Source of the DNA: Mobula birostris
Lineage: Eukaryota
Direction: 5' to 3'
Assembly (NCBI RefSeq): GCF_030028105.1
Contig: NC_092393.1
Coordinates: forward strand, 40,339,248-40,403,247
DNA: 64,000 nucleotides
Below the pieces are notes generated by a model. The model worked only from the letters and a program-made list of their open reading frames with translations. It did not search any database and was not told the origin of the DNA. The position numbers and the translations under genes were made by a program. Position 1 is the stretch's first letter. Each line of letters opens with the position of its first letter. Shown here in pieces: positions 37,746 through 51,600 of the stretch.

Positions 37746-39004
37746 TTAGAGTAACTGTAGACACAATGAACAAGCCAGGTAAGAGAATTGAAATTGTGGT
37801 GCAAGACTTAATATAATAGCTGAAAAAGTATTTCATTGCCAAAATACTGAAATCTTTGTCAAACAAACTCAGCAGGCCATTCTGAGACTATGAAGGCTAA
37901 ATTCTGCAGCCCCTTTAAATGAGTTTGGGTTTAATTCACGGCTGTTGCTTCTAATGCAGGCTGTATGCCAACACTGGGCAGTCTGCTAACTACAATGACT
38001 GCAGTGCGCAGTTAGTATGAAGCACCCTGTTGAATTGTTGCATTCCGATGTGGGAGGAGGCGGGGGTAGAGAGATGATGTGCAAATCTGGCACCATTTAA
38101 AGCTAGTCTCCAGTACCAAAACCCAGCCTGTGCCTGTTAGAGAGGCTCCATTGTGGTTGCAGCAGATGACAGAATTCAGGGAAGATGTTCTTACTGAAAC
38201 TGCAGACATCTGACAAACTCTTCCTTCCGAGCATTGAGAGTAGTTATGGCATACTCCAGATAACTCTTCGCCTCTCTCCGGCTCCCCACTTTCCCTGCAC
38301 ATGCTCTGCTATCCCGCCATGAAATACTTAGTGCATTCACTCCTGGGAGCAGCTGCTTTGTGCATCAGGCTTGACGGGAGAAAGCATGAGTCATTCTCAG
38401 CATGACTCCTTAGACCTGAGCAACTTTAGAAAGTGATGTACACACGTAGCATAGGCAATAGAAATCAGTCAGCAATTCGAAAGCAGGTGATGATTCCCCT
38501 GAATAGTATTAGAGGTTATGGGGCAGTGAAGATCTTTTTGAACTGAATACACTTTCAGCCATGCATGAATAACACAGGGCTTTAGCTGGAGTGTTCAGCT
38601 CCACATTGCCAACCCTGGCATCAAATCAATGCTGTACACTGTGAAGGACATCACAATCCATCACGATATTTCCAGCAGGCATTAGCTGCAGATGCACATG
38701 TCCCACAGAACTGAAATATTCAGTTAGATCTATAAATCAACAGCCAATTTCTTGCAATTCCTCTTGCCCTCTGGAAATAGACTTTAACATCACTATTTTC
38801 CAATTACGTTCCCAGCCTTTTTGAGAACTATTCAAGATCATTGCCTCAGTTAATCCCTTGTGAGAAATTTGGTAAAAATCCTGCATAAAATGGAGTTAAT
38901 AGAAATAGGCCTCTAGTTATCAATATTCCATAGTACGAGCGGTTTGACAGGTAGTTAACTACTGTTAAATGTTATTTATCACTTTACCACAGAATAAAAC
39001 TGTA

Positions 39005-40694
39005 CAGGCAGTCCCCAGGTTACTGACATCCGACTTATGGACAACTTGTACTTACGAACAGACTGCCATAAAGCCTATTATATTAAAAATTTCAGTTAAA
39101 TACAATGGTTCGTAATAACGAACGCACGCACTACTTGGTGACGCTCATGAAAACATTGCGTGGCTTCAGCGGTTCGTCGGCTCGAGGAAGGAGAACGCCG
39201 TCCACCACGGATCACGTTGCCATTAACACTGTGTTGAGTGTGTAACTTTGTACTTGGCTTAAATTTTTCTCTTATTTACCCTTGTAACCATGCCTCAAAG
39301 CGTAAATCCAATGCACGTGCTGGTGATGCAAAGGAAAACAATCACGATTGAAAATAAAGTGGAAATAATAAAGCGATCGGAAAGAGGTGAAACATCATCG
39401 GACATGGGAAAAGCGTTAGGCTACTGTCGGTCAACAATTGGCACAATTTTAAAGGATAAAGTGATGATAGCATTTGAGGAAGAAGACTGGGATCTAAAAA
39501 CTCCAGAACTGAAAAAGTTTTTGATGAAAGAGTTAGCTGAAGCCTTTCCCCTCATTGAAGCAGGGATGGCAAAGTAAGAGGAGCAAGATCCTAATACAGA
39601 GAGGTTCACCAATGTTTACCGTTCAGTTACCAACGGCCTCAGCTGCTACAAGGCCATTTATGACGAGAAAAAGAAAAGCTCTGCATAGGAAGGTAAAATA
39701 CATATTATATACTAAGACAAACATTTGACTAACTGACGCTAACATTATAACATTATAGTCGTCACATTATAAACCTCAAGACTACCCAGTCTTGTGTCAT
39801 TCTCATCATTACTAGAATTTTAATCAACAGCACACAGATTAGTGCTGTTTTGAAACTGCAGCGTGACTTTTTATCTCTTTCTCTTCCCTGTGCAGTCCAT
39901 TTATTTTTGTCTGTCCAACATGCTCTTTGAAGGCGAGGAGATGGCGGCGCGATGCAGCTCGCAGCGGCCACTCCGGTGGTGATGTCTGTTATTTGTCAAG
40001 TAAGGTGCTGTGCACAATCCTGATTTGATGGAGACGGACGTGAGAGCATGGAGGAACATCTGGTGAAACTTCTGGAATGCCTGCTTCACTGCCGCTGTTA
40101 CTGTGTGGTCCAGAATCTCCGGAGGAGAAGGCCCCGAGTCCTTGGCTTTGCTTGTTGCTCGGCGGCCAGGGTGGAGTCAAAGCGCTTGGCAGAGGATGGT
40201 GCTCGAAGAGGCTGTGTCAGAGGGGCTGGTCGGAGGCTCGAAGTTTTCCGATAGACTCAGAGTCCGCTGCGGTCGGGTGCTTCCAATGGTGCTGCATCGG
40301 CGAGTTGGCAGTGCTTGGAGGTTCATGACAGGGAGAGTTTCTCCCTTCTGCCGCTTGCATGGGAGGATGAGTCTATCCGGACTTTGAGACTTTTTTTTTT
40401 ACCGTGCCCATAGTCTGTTCTTTATCAAATTATGGTATTGCTTTGCATTGTTGTAACTATATGTTATAATTATGTGGTTTTGTCAGTTTTAGTCTTGGTT
40501 TGTCCTGTGTTTTTTTGTGATATCATTCTGGAGGAATGTCGCATCATTTATTAATGCATGCATTTCTAAATAACAATAAACAAAAACTGAACTGAACTAA
40601 ATAAGAACCATATATACCTGTTCCGACTTACCTACAAATTCAACTTAAAGACAGATTTAGGAACGGATCTCGTTCGTAACCCGGGGACTGCCTG
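39005..40694 (+). mobile_element. Internally deleted Tigger-like transposon with nested insertion (39743-40600)
   Basis: TA-caggcagtccccaggttac ... gtaacccggggactgcctg-TA; HTH-psq remnant RKTITIENKVEIIKRSERGE...LGYCRSTIGTILKDK. Confidence 0.85.
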
Positions 40695-43600
40695 TACTAA
40701 AATCTCAATACCCATACCTGATCTCACTAAGTTTTAAACAATCCTGGCCAGCAGCTTATCCATTTAAAAAACCATCAAGAACTTCTACAACCTCAGCCAC
40801 ACAAACTAACAACTAATAAGTTCACACTATTCATTCTCAACATACATGAACCAAACTTTCTACACTTGCCAAGTTGTTACCGAACACAAATTATAAATTT
40901 CTTCTAAAATACGGACTAATAATGGTCAGACTAAATTAACTGGGATGCTCATTAAATGCTTCATTAATGCTCTTTTGTCTTAATTAAGCAACTGCATTTC
41001 TAAGTATTCGCTTTTACATTTAGCAAAACATTTTCTTGTCCACAAGTTGGAAAACTCTCTTCTCTTTAACTTCACACCTTTTTTTGAAAGGGTGTTATTG
41101 CTCTTCAAATCAATAAGCTGGAAATTTTTGACAGGGGTACAATACAGCATGATCAGCCTTTTAATTTTTTCTTAATATTGATACCTCTTGAAGCTGTGTG
41201 ATGGACACTATTATAACCCACATTTCCCCTCCTCACTCTATCACGGGGCATTAGACACTGGCCAGAAGCACCTAGATTTGCCATACCAAAACTCAACTCT
41301 TTGTTATCTACACTTTTATTCTTGTCACTGTTTGTAGCCGTTTCATTCTTTTCAATATTCCCACCCAATGTCTTTCTCTTCTAGCACTGAAAACCTGCTC
41401 ATAACCATCACACATGCAGATTTCTCAGATGTTTCTCTTGGATGCCAGTCATAAGATTAATATTCTTTCTTTGTTCATAGCTGAAATTCAAATTAATAAC
41501 TTGTCTGTGTCCACTTCGGTATAAATAAATGAGGGTGTAGCTTTTTTTTAACCTATAGAACATCATTGGACTATTCAATAAGTTTTGAGTTAAAGATCTC
41601 TTTGTGTTGCATACAAGAAGGTGCCTATCCCTTTCAAATTGACCTAGACAGCTCTTTCCTGTCCACCATTAATACTCTCAATCTATTCAATTATATTGAC
41701 CTGATATTTTACATAGGGGCAGGCAATAATGTATTATCTATCGATCTTATTACACTGCTTATACTAAACTCTATTCAACACATGAAGGTATTTCCTTACA
41801 AAGTGTTTATAGAATACATTAAACGCCATCAACTCATCAGTGCACTGTTCACAATATAACCCCCTGATAGAATACACAATCTTCATTTTTTTTAACAACA
41901 CTAAGCAATGTCATTAGCCTTAAGACTCCAGAATGCTATTCCTTGTTGACCTTTTACAACTTAATATAGACCTGTAAAATTAATATCTAAAACTTCAGAA
42001 TCTAAAATTTTTATATTGTTAATTAAAATATCAAAACTATCATTAGACTGGGATACTTTAAAAAAAAATTAAAATATCAAGATTAGTACCAAAGCATGTG
42101 ACCATCACATTTAAATCCTCACCACACTTAATACCCTCAATACACACTAAGATGGAGGTACCAGAGGGAGCAAAAGATATATAAATAACATGCATCATCC
42201 TCAAAAGTAAACTCAAGCACCAACTGGGTTGAAAAGAGCCTGTCCACATCAGATGCATTTACCTCATGAAGTTCCTGTCGAGACCTCAGCAGGGAAACTG
42301 TTTCTCCCCAGGACCAACCACATCTACATCCGGATGCCCCATTTGGTCAACCTCAGCATCATTATTTTTAACCTACATACCCCATTCAGTGGATGAAGCT
42401 GCTGCTTGTATGCGCTTGCCAACTTGCTGATCGTCTTTTTTGTTTATTTTGTACCATTTGAACATTACACCTAGCTGAGGCTAAGATTGCTCAATACTTT
42501 CTTTCCTCTATAATCTGTCTTCATCACAGCTTCAACAATAATACACAAACATTTGAAGCATCAGTCTGGGCATGTTTAAGCTGTCAATTTAGCAGTTGAC
42601 TTAGCCTCTCTTCCAAAAGAGCGGAGGGAGCAATTTAAAGAAACTTGTAAGACAGATACTAGCATATGACAATGAAACATGTATCATAAACCTGTGTTAT
42701 TATCTACATTTCTTTTTTTAAGTTAGCTGTATTTACTCTGCCGATATTTGAAGCATAGCATTGATTGCCTATTCTTCTGCCTGCATTTTAATAATGATAA
42801 GTCTAACTATTTTATAGGTGGCAGGCACAATCTCTTCTCAAAGTTTATTCTTAACAATCCAAATGTTTGTAACTTTTTAAAATTCCTTCCACAACCTCCT
42901 TTTGCGCTATGATTCTCTTATTGCCACTTTTCAAATGGTCACAACCAAATATGGTCCTACTGCTGCTGAAGCACTTAAGTAAAGACAATATAAATGTGTT
43001 CAAATCTGCTTTCTATCTGTATTTTTCCACAACACTTTGGGCTCCTTGTTTAATCAGGAAATAGAGTTCTTTTGTTTTGTAATGAACAATCAGCGCAAGT
43101 GTAATTATGACCTCGTTTTCAAGTCATTGCCATAAAATGAACATGGGTACAAAAATCTTTCAGGCTTATACAAACACATGAAAACGTCAATCATCTTTAG
43201 AACCTCTGTGGTCCTAAGAAAGCCCTGGAGGTAGCCCTGGGATATTCTCTCTCAGAAATAGGTTAAGTTGATTTGACTGCTGAAATGTGATTAGCGCAAT
43301 GTTTCATTTTTGGCAAAGTTACAGATGTTTTGAGTAGAAAGAGAAAAACATTTCTTAAGTCCATTTTCTTCCTCTAATAATTTCAATTAGCTTAATAATC
43401 AATAAAAGGCATTTTCTAATGTCTGAACAGGAAAGTCTGAATGTAGTTGGCTCATATTCACTGGATTTTAGTAAAGTGAGATGGGACCTCAATGAGGCTT
43501 ACAGGATTCTAAGAGAAATTAAAGGATAGATGCCATGAGGCCGTTTGTTCAGGATACAGGATCTAAAACGAAGGATCATAGTCGCGAGATCAGGAATTAG

Positions 43601-45012
43601 TCAATTCACAGAGCAATGAGAAGAAATCTTGTTACACAGGCTACTTCATGGTGTGAGGATGTTATTTAAATTATGTGATTTTAACTGAAGATTTGTCTTT
43701 CAATAATGAAGGAAGATTATTGCTGAAACAGCTGAAGGCTGATGGATTCAGTACACTATCCTGAAGAACTCCTACACTGAGATCCTGATTAACTTCTTAA
43801 ACGTCAGCCATCTCCCTTTGCCTGACATCCCCCTCCTGCTTAGTGGGGAGTTTATTCCTTAGTTCTCGTTACTAAATCTCCTTTCAGTCAAACTCAGTGG
43901 GTTGGGCAGAAGGAAGAAAAAAGCACGGGATGCAGGTTACGTTAAATTGGAAAATTCAGTGTTCGTGCCATCAATTTGTAGGTTATCCAGGTGGAATAGG
44001 AGACACTGAGTCAAATATTACTGGAATTCTTCAGCCCAGGCTTGGACCAAGGCTACAATGTGTCTAGAGCAGTGATAAAGTCCAAACTGAACATCTGTGA
44101 ACACGTGCCGACAAGGTAAATACAGTTTCATACACCTTCTATCAGTAACTGACAAAAGCAGCAATTAACCTGTTTTTTGCTGACTGATCATTCATGGACA
44201 ATTTTCCAGTTACATAGGTGTGAATATGATAACTGTACTGAAACAGCTTGGCTATGATTGCATTTAGTTTTCAGAAGAAGTCTTTGTACCATGCTGGGGT
44301 ACTCAGAATCAGAATCAAGTTTATTATCACCGTCATATATGACGTGAGATTTGTTGTTCTGCAGTAGCAGTACAGTGCAAGACACAAAATTAACATAAAT
44401 GTTTAAAAATTATGCAAAAATAATGAGGTAGTGTTCATAAGTTAATGGACTATTCAGACATTGCATAGGAGAAGAAGCTGTTACTGAACCATTAAGTTTT
44501 GGTCCTCAGGTTCTTGTATCTCCTTTCTGATGGTACTAACAAGAAGGGGTGAGTGCCCTTAAAGACGTCGTCAACGATTATAGCGGTGACGGAGCTGGTA
44601 AAGTCTACAATCCTCTGAAGCCTCTTGTGGTCCTGTGCATTGGAGCCTCCAAACCACACAGTGATGCAAACAGTCAAAATGTTCCCAATTGTAAAAACTT
44701 GCAAGAGTCTTTGGTAACATACCAAATCTCCTTAAGCTAAATGCATCACACTTCCAGGAATGGCAGGTGTGCAATAGTCCTAACCCCCCATCCATATATT
44801 ACTAATTTTGGACTGCACTCCTGAGGTTTTAGAGTTTATTTTATGTATATATTCTTTGTCATGCTGCAAAACGTTGAGCTGCTAAACTGTGTTTCATTAC
44901 TCCACAACAATGACAATAAAGATATTCTTCTTCTTCTTCCTCCTACAAAGTGGAGCTACTGACGTGTCTTTTGTTCGTGATTGCCATTCTATCCATACTC
45001 AATATAAGGAAC

Positions 45013-45098
45013 GCAAACACGAGGAAATCTGCAGATGCTGGAGATTCAAGTAACACACACAAAATGCTGGCGGAACACAGCAGCACTTTGTGTGTCTT
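45013..45098. mobile_element. 86-bp Penelope-derived insertion with 14-bp TSD
   Basis: tcaatataaggaac at 44999-45012 and 45099-45112 flanks gcaaacacgaggaaatctgcagatgctgg... Confidence 0.85.
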
Positions 45099-46036
45099 TC
45101 AATATAAGGAACCCGTGTTCTCATTTGAGTTCTATTTACAGGAGTGATGATCACTCCTACCAACACCATCAAGGGCAGATCCAATGGTTCCCTCTCCATG
45201 CATGGATCCAGTCTGATAACCGTGTACTTCTCCATTTGGCCAAATTAATCACTGGTTGTACTGTCAAGTCACCCCTGATGATGGACACTGAAGCCTGCCT
45301 CCCAGAGTGCATTCTGCTCCTGCTACCTTCAAGCTTCTTTCATCTATCGTTCAGTACAAAGATATGGTACACTTAACAACAGAGGGAGGTGGTAATCAAC
45401 AGAAGTTTTTCATACCCTGGCTTCATGGCGTCTGGAGTCCCAGGGCAACTCCTTCCCAATTGTACAAGTGGTGGTTCTGTCATGACTGTGAACTTAATCT
45501 ATAAAGGGACTGTGATGAAGGAGATTGGAATGTTGGCTGAAATACATAATTCCATGAGTTGGCTGTTATTTACTTAGTCTATGGGACAGCTCTGCAGTTT
45601 GGACAGTCCCCATCGTCTGTGAGGAATTTTTTTGCAAGTTTAACTGGGCTGGCAACAATAACATTACATCAGTGTTTATTAGTTCAATAAAGTAATAAGA
45701 AACATATTTTACTGATCATTTACAATCTTCCAATTGGGAAAATATTTAAATGCAGGTTCTTATTACCCATGATGAGGTGAGACACAATAATGGTGAAAAG
45801 TACTAAACACACAATCATCAGAAATTTAATTTAGAAATACGGAATAGAAATTTGTTGGGAACTGAAAACAAATGGAATTCGTTTACACTCTACGTTTTCA
45901 CTCTGCTTAAAGTTCCTTGAAAATCCTCTGGGCCGTATCTGCCATCATTTTATATGCAGAAGCTGAAGGTGTCAATTTGTTACATCAAGAGAAACAGCAT
46001 CTTTTAAAACTTGTATTCATTTTTTATATCTCTTAC

Positions 46037-46130
46037 CTATTACCTCCTGAATAAGAGTGGCGTTTCTCCGAAGCTCCAATGTAAACTGAGGGGAACCATG
46101 GCTGCAGACATACTGCAATATCTTGAGAAC
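46037..46130 (-). CDS. TEPSIN: TEPSIN exon 4
   Basis: VLKILQYVCSHGSPQFTLELRRNATLIQEVI; tag/gtaaga; 94 nt. Confidence 0.93.
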
Positions 46131-46224
46131 CTAACAATTAACACAAAGATTGAGAAGACAGTTTTGTTGCACAGTGGTGTAGTCATTCAGAATGTTTGTT
46201 GTGTGTAGTTTTTCATTGATTCTA

Positions 46225-48601
46225 ATGCAGGCTATTCTGGACTGGGTTTTGAGCAATGAGGAAGGGTTAATTAGCAATCTTGTCGTGAGAGGCCCCTTGG
46301 GTAAGAATGACCATAATACGGCGGAATTCTTCATTAAGATGGAGAGTGACATAGTTAATTCAGAAACAAAGGTTCTGAACTTAAAGAGAGGTAACTTTGA
46401 AGGTATGAGACATGAATTAGCTAAGATAGACTGGTAAATGACACTTAAAGGATTGATGGTGGATATGCAATGGCAAGCATTTAAAGGTTGCATGGATGAA
46501 CTACAACAATTGTTCATCCCAGTTTGGCAAAAGAATAAATCAAGGAAGGTAGTGCACCCGTGGCTGACAAGAGAAATTAGGGATAGTATCAATTCCAAGG
46601 AAGAAGCATACAAATTAGCCAGAGAAAGTGGCTCACCTGAGGACTGGGAGAAATTCAGAGTTCAGCAGAGGAGGACAAAGAGCTTAATTAGGAAGGGGAA
46701 AAAAGATTATGAGAGAAAACTGGCAGGGAACATAAAAACGGACTATAAAAGCTTTTATAGATATGTAAAAAGGAAAAGACTGGTAAAGACAAATGTAGGT
46801 CCCCTGCAGACAGAAACGGGTGAATTGATTATGGGGAGCAAGGACATGGCAGACCAATTGAATAATTACTTTGGTTCTGTCTTCACTAAGGAGGACATAA
46901 ATAATCTTCCAGAAATAGTAGGGGACAGAGGGTCCAGTGAGATGGAGGAACTGAGCGAAATACATGTTAGTAGGGAAGTGGTGTTAGGTAAATTGAAGGG
47001 ATTGAAGGCAGATAAATCCCCAGGGCCAGATGGTCTGCATCCTAGAGTGCTTAAGGAAGTAGCCCAAGAAATAGTGGATGCATTAGTGATAATTTTTCAA
47101 AACTCGTTAGATTCTGGACTAGTTCCTGAGGATTGGAGGGTGGCTAATGTAACTCCACTTTTTAAAAAAGGAGGGAGAGAGAAACCGGGGAATTATAGAC
47201 CGGTTAGCCTAACTTCGGTGGTGGGGAAACTGCTGGAGTCAGTTATCAAGGATGTGATAACAGCACATTTGGAAAGCGGTGAAATGATTGGACAAAGTCA
47301 GCATGGATTTGTGAAAGGAAAATCATGTCGGACGAATCTCATAGAATTTTTTGAGGATGTGACTAGTAGAGTGGATAGGGGAGAACCAGTGGATGTGGTA
47401 TATTTGGATTTTCAAAAGGCTTTTGACAAGGTCCCACACAGGAGATTAGTGTGCAAACTTAAAGCACACGGTATTGGGGGTAAGGTATTGGTGTGGGTGG
47501 AGAATTGGTTAGCAGACAGGAAGCAAAGAGTGGGAATAAACGGGACCTTTTCAGAATGGCAGGCGGTGACTAGTGGGGTACCGCAAGGCTCAGTGCTGGG
47601 ACCCCAGTTGTTTACAATATATATTAATGACTTGGATGAGGGAATTAAATGCAGCATCTCCAAGTTTGCGGATGACACGAAGCTGGGTGGCAGTGTTAGC
47701 TGTGAGGAGGATGCTAAGAGGATGCAGGGTGACTTGGATAGGTTGGGTGAGTGGGCAAGTTCATGGCAGATGCAATTTAATGTGGATAAATGTGAAGTTA
47801 TCCAGTTTGGTGGCAAAAATAGGAAAACAGATTATTATCTGAATGGTGGCCGATTAGGAAAAGGGGAGGTGCAACAAGACCTGGGTGTCATTATACACCA
47901 GTCATTGAAAGTGGGCATGCAGGTACAGCAGGCGGTGAAAAAGGCGAATGGTATGCTGGCATTTATAGCGAGAGGATTCGAGTACAGGAGCAGGGAGGTA
48001 CTACTGCAGTTGTACAAGGCCTTGGTGAGACCACACCTGGAGTATTGTGTGCAGTTTTGGTCCCCTAATCTGAGGAAAGACATCATTGCCATAGAGGGAG
48101 TACAAAGAAGGTTCACCAGATTGATTCCTGGGATGGCAGGACTTTCATATGAAGAAAGACTGGATGAACTGGGCTTGTACTCGTTGGAATTTAGAAGATT
48201 GAGGGGGGATCTGATTGAAACGTATAAGATCCTAAAGGGATTGGACAGGCTAGATGCAGGAAGATTATTCCCGATGTTGGGGAAGTCCAGAACGAGGGGC
48301 CACAGTTTGAGGATAGAGGGGAAGCCTTTTAGGACCGAGATTAGGAAAAACTTCTTCACACAGAGAGTGGTGAATCTGTGGAATTCTCTGCCACAGGAAA
48401 CAGTTGAGGCCAGTTCATTGGCTATATTTAAGAGGGAGTTAGATATGGCCCTTGTGGCTACGGGGGTCAGGGGGTATGGAGGGAAGGCTGGGGCGGGGTT
48501 CTGAGTTGGATGATCAGCCATGATCATAATGAATGGCGGTGCAGGCTCGAAGGGCCGAATGGCCTACTCCTGCACCTATTTTCTATGTTTCTATGTTTCT
48601 A
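46225..48601 (+). mobile_element. Young 5'-truncated CR1 LINE (ORF2 with intact RT, 688-aa open frame)
   Basis: KSPGPDG, NYRPVSLTS, SQHGF, LDFQKAFDKV, GVPQGSVLGP, KFADD; one in-frame TAA at 46435; tail tttctatgtttctatgtttcta. Confidence 0.95.
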
Positions 48602-48974
48602 CTGTGAAAGCCCGCAAGAAAATGAATCTTAGGGTAGTATATGGTAACAAATATGTACTTTGATAATAAATTTACTTTGAACTTCGGTCAATTTTTCTCT
48701 ATCCATGGTTTGATACTCTTTCTGATCTTCATACAACCAGATAAATAATGAGATTTCTCAGATACAGTAGGTTGTAGGTGTTGAATCCTTACACAAGATG
48801 ATTGGAAACAAAACCCTGACCATGTCAAAATATTGGGAATATAACTTCTGCAGTTCATTTATATATACGAGTTGTTCTTCTATTACATTGGCAAGGTAAC
48901 CAAATCAAGGAAATTGCAGAGACTTGATTGGAAATCACAGACCTGAATTAACTTTGCATTTGTTGCAGTCATAA

Positions 48975-49046
48975 ACATCCTGGGGTTCTACAGACCCCTT
49001 TGCTACTGGTAGGGGTCCATGGCATAAAAAAGGTTGGGAACCCCTG
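48975..49046. mobile_element. Short hAT/Charlie-type MITE remnant
   Basis: ggggtccatggcataaaaaaggttgggaacccctg terminus; internal gacccct/aggggtc hairpin. Confidence 0.5.
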
Positions 49047-50931
49047 GCTTATTCCCTTTTTAGCCCAAAATTTAATCTCATATCTTTATAGGCAATGCTT
49101 TAATAAAAAGGCACCAACTTTTATGTCCCTTTTGTAAATTTCAAACTAAATTATAACTATTACAAGTAACTTATTGAAATTTTAGACTGCACTTAAGACA
49201 TCCTTCTATGCTATCCAGGAGAGAAAAGAAAGTGTTACAACAGCTATATAAATTAAATGCTGGTTGGATTAAAACTATTTACCCATTGTATGGAATATCC
49301 TGAGGTAGACAATTTTAGATTAATTGGCCCAAGAACAATGTCAAGCATAGAACATTAACTCCCAATGTTCAAGGTTAATTAGGAATCACCAGCTCAAACA
49401 ACTGCACAAATAAAAACAAATGAAATTCCCAATTTATCAAGTTTTGGGAAGGTCAACACCAACCTTCTCATCATTCCTGACCATCACAGCATCCTCTTGG
49501 ATACATGGCAATATAAAAGCCAATGAAATTAACATTTCAAACTAAATTTATAAACCATAGTATGTCAACCACTCTACAGACTTTATCTAATTCTCTTAGA
49601 TCCTTTATTGATCATGCTTTTATGTGTCCTAGTGCCCCTATCCAATTACTGTAGCTAACTGCTGGAAAGCTGTTCAGCTCTGTGGTTTTTTGAGCTGGTG
49701 AATCTCAGCAACATCTGGCTGGTGGTCAAAGAAACAAAGAAAACAACTAAATGTTTAATCACATTTTTTCTGGTAAACGATCATTGCAAACAATGGCATG
49801 TAATTTCCCTTTGGACTTGGAGGCAATTCGATGCAGCAGAACCGAGGCGAGGCAGCAGGCCCATCGCTGAGAGCAAGGAAGATCCAAGGTTCAATTGATT
49901 TAAGCGTGGGTGGGCCAAATGGGAAAGGTCAGGTACAGGGTGAATCGAAGCGGTGAGGTCCAGGCCTCAGAGCGTATTGAAGCGACAGAACCCAATTTTT
50001 GGACAATGATTTAAGTGCTGGGACAGACTGAAAAGGTCAGGGTGTCAGGGCCGGAGGTGAGGGATAGGCCAATTGAGCTCACTGCTCTGCAAGGTTGGCC
50101 CTGACCTGAAATAAGGCTCTGTAGATGGACTCTCTTTGTGGACTTCAGAACGTTATTTGCTTGCATTTATTGTTTGCATGATTTGCTTTTTTTTCCCCTC
50201 TGCACATTGGGTGTTTGACGTTTTTTTTTTAATGGGTTCTTTTGGGTTTCTTTGTTTTGTGGCTGCCTGTAAGGAAACGAATCTCAGGGTTGTATAATGT
50301 AGACAGTACATACTTTGATAACAAATGTACTTTCAACTTTTAAATGATCTCAAGCATGAGTGCAGTGGTCTGACTCTGTTTCTAACTATTCTATAAAATG
50401 AAAGGTGGCAATTGAGGGAACATGAAGGATGGCATTTTAAGACTGATGTACTCACGAGGCTCTACCCCAATGAACTAGGTTGTTGTGTCTGTGCACAACT
50501 ACATATGTACTAAATAAAAGCACACACATGGGAGATGGTTTTAACTGGTGTATTCACATTGCAGCGCGAGAGAGAGAACAATGTGCATTTGTAAACAGCA
50601 CATACGCAGACAACAGATCCATACATAGTGCTGGGGGGGGGAATTGATCATTGCTCAAAAAGAAATAGATCCATATATTACATAGGTGATCTCTTGCAGG
50701 ACAAACTGACGCTGTGTTGTAACCATCATACATGTCACCATCCACATACTCCAGCCATTGGACTTAACATCACATTTTGTTGGCGTATTGTTGCAGTACA
50801 CTTCCGCAAAACAGGAAAGCGTTTACAAAACAATGAAGACAAACAAGATTTTCAGAGAACTGAGGGCTTCAAAACTATGCTTGATTTGTAGTGGCAAAGA
50901 ATACATGAAGCCAAAAGAAAAGACCACCAAC

Positions 50932-51023
50932 CTTCAGTTTGACATTACAGGAGTTGCTTTGCAGTCGCTCCAGCAAGTACTCAAGCAGGCACAGGCAAGC
51001 TCCCACAGACTCGTGAGAAATCT
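50932..51023 (-). CDS. TEPSIN: TEPSIN exon 3
   Basis: KISHESVGACLCLLEYLLERLQSNSCNVKLK; cag/gttggt; 92 nt. Confidence 0.93.
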
Positions 51024-51332
51024 CTGTAGTTCCATTCAGTTATGGGAAAAAAGCAAAAAAAACCTTGCACCATCCACATAAGGACATTTATTTCTCTCAC
51101 ACAATCAAAAACAATCTGCTAGATAAAAGAATAAATAGCACCAATGTCTCATACTTTTAATGCACAATATACATTTCAGAGTATCCTACACTGAAAAAGC
51201 AACAGAAACACCAAACCAGGTAAATAATGAAACTTGTGTAAAATGAGATATGAGAAGTAGAAATAATGGATTAAAGGGTTTAGGAAGCGAGTTCCAAGGA
51301 GTTAGACAAAGGCAAACAAAAGTTCTCCAACC

Positions 51333-51600
51333 CCGGGTGGCACAATAGCGTAGTGGTGAGCACAATGCTTTACAGTACCAGTGACTCTGATTCATTTACT
51401 GCCACTTGTTGTAAGGAGTTTGTACATTCTCCCCGTACTGTGTGGGTTTCCTCTGGTTGCTCCGGTTTCCTCCCACAGTCCAAATACATGCTGGTTGGTA
51501 GATTAATTGTCCCGTGATTAGTCTAGGTTAAATCAGGGGTTGCTGGACAGTGCGGCTCAAAGGGCTGTAAGGGCCTGTTCTGCGCTGTATCTCAAAAAAT
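51333..51600 (+). mobile_element. V-SINE (HE1-like)
   Basis: gggtggcacaatagcgtagtggtgagc head, V domain gtgggtttcctctggttgctccggtttcctcccacagtcc, CR1-like 3' aagggcctgttctgcgctgtatctc. Confidence 0.8.

Noticed and set aside
46131-48527. Long minus-strand ORFs (160, 134, 230 aa)
   Set aside because: Antisense shadows of CR1 ORF2.
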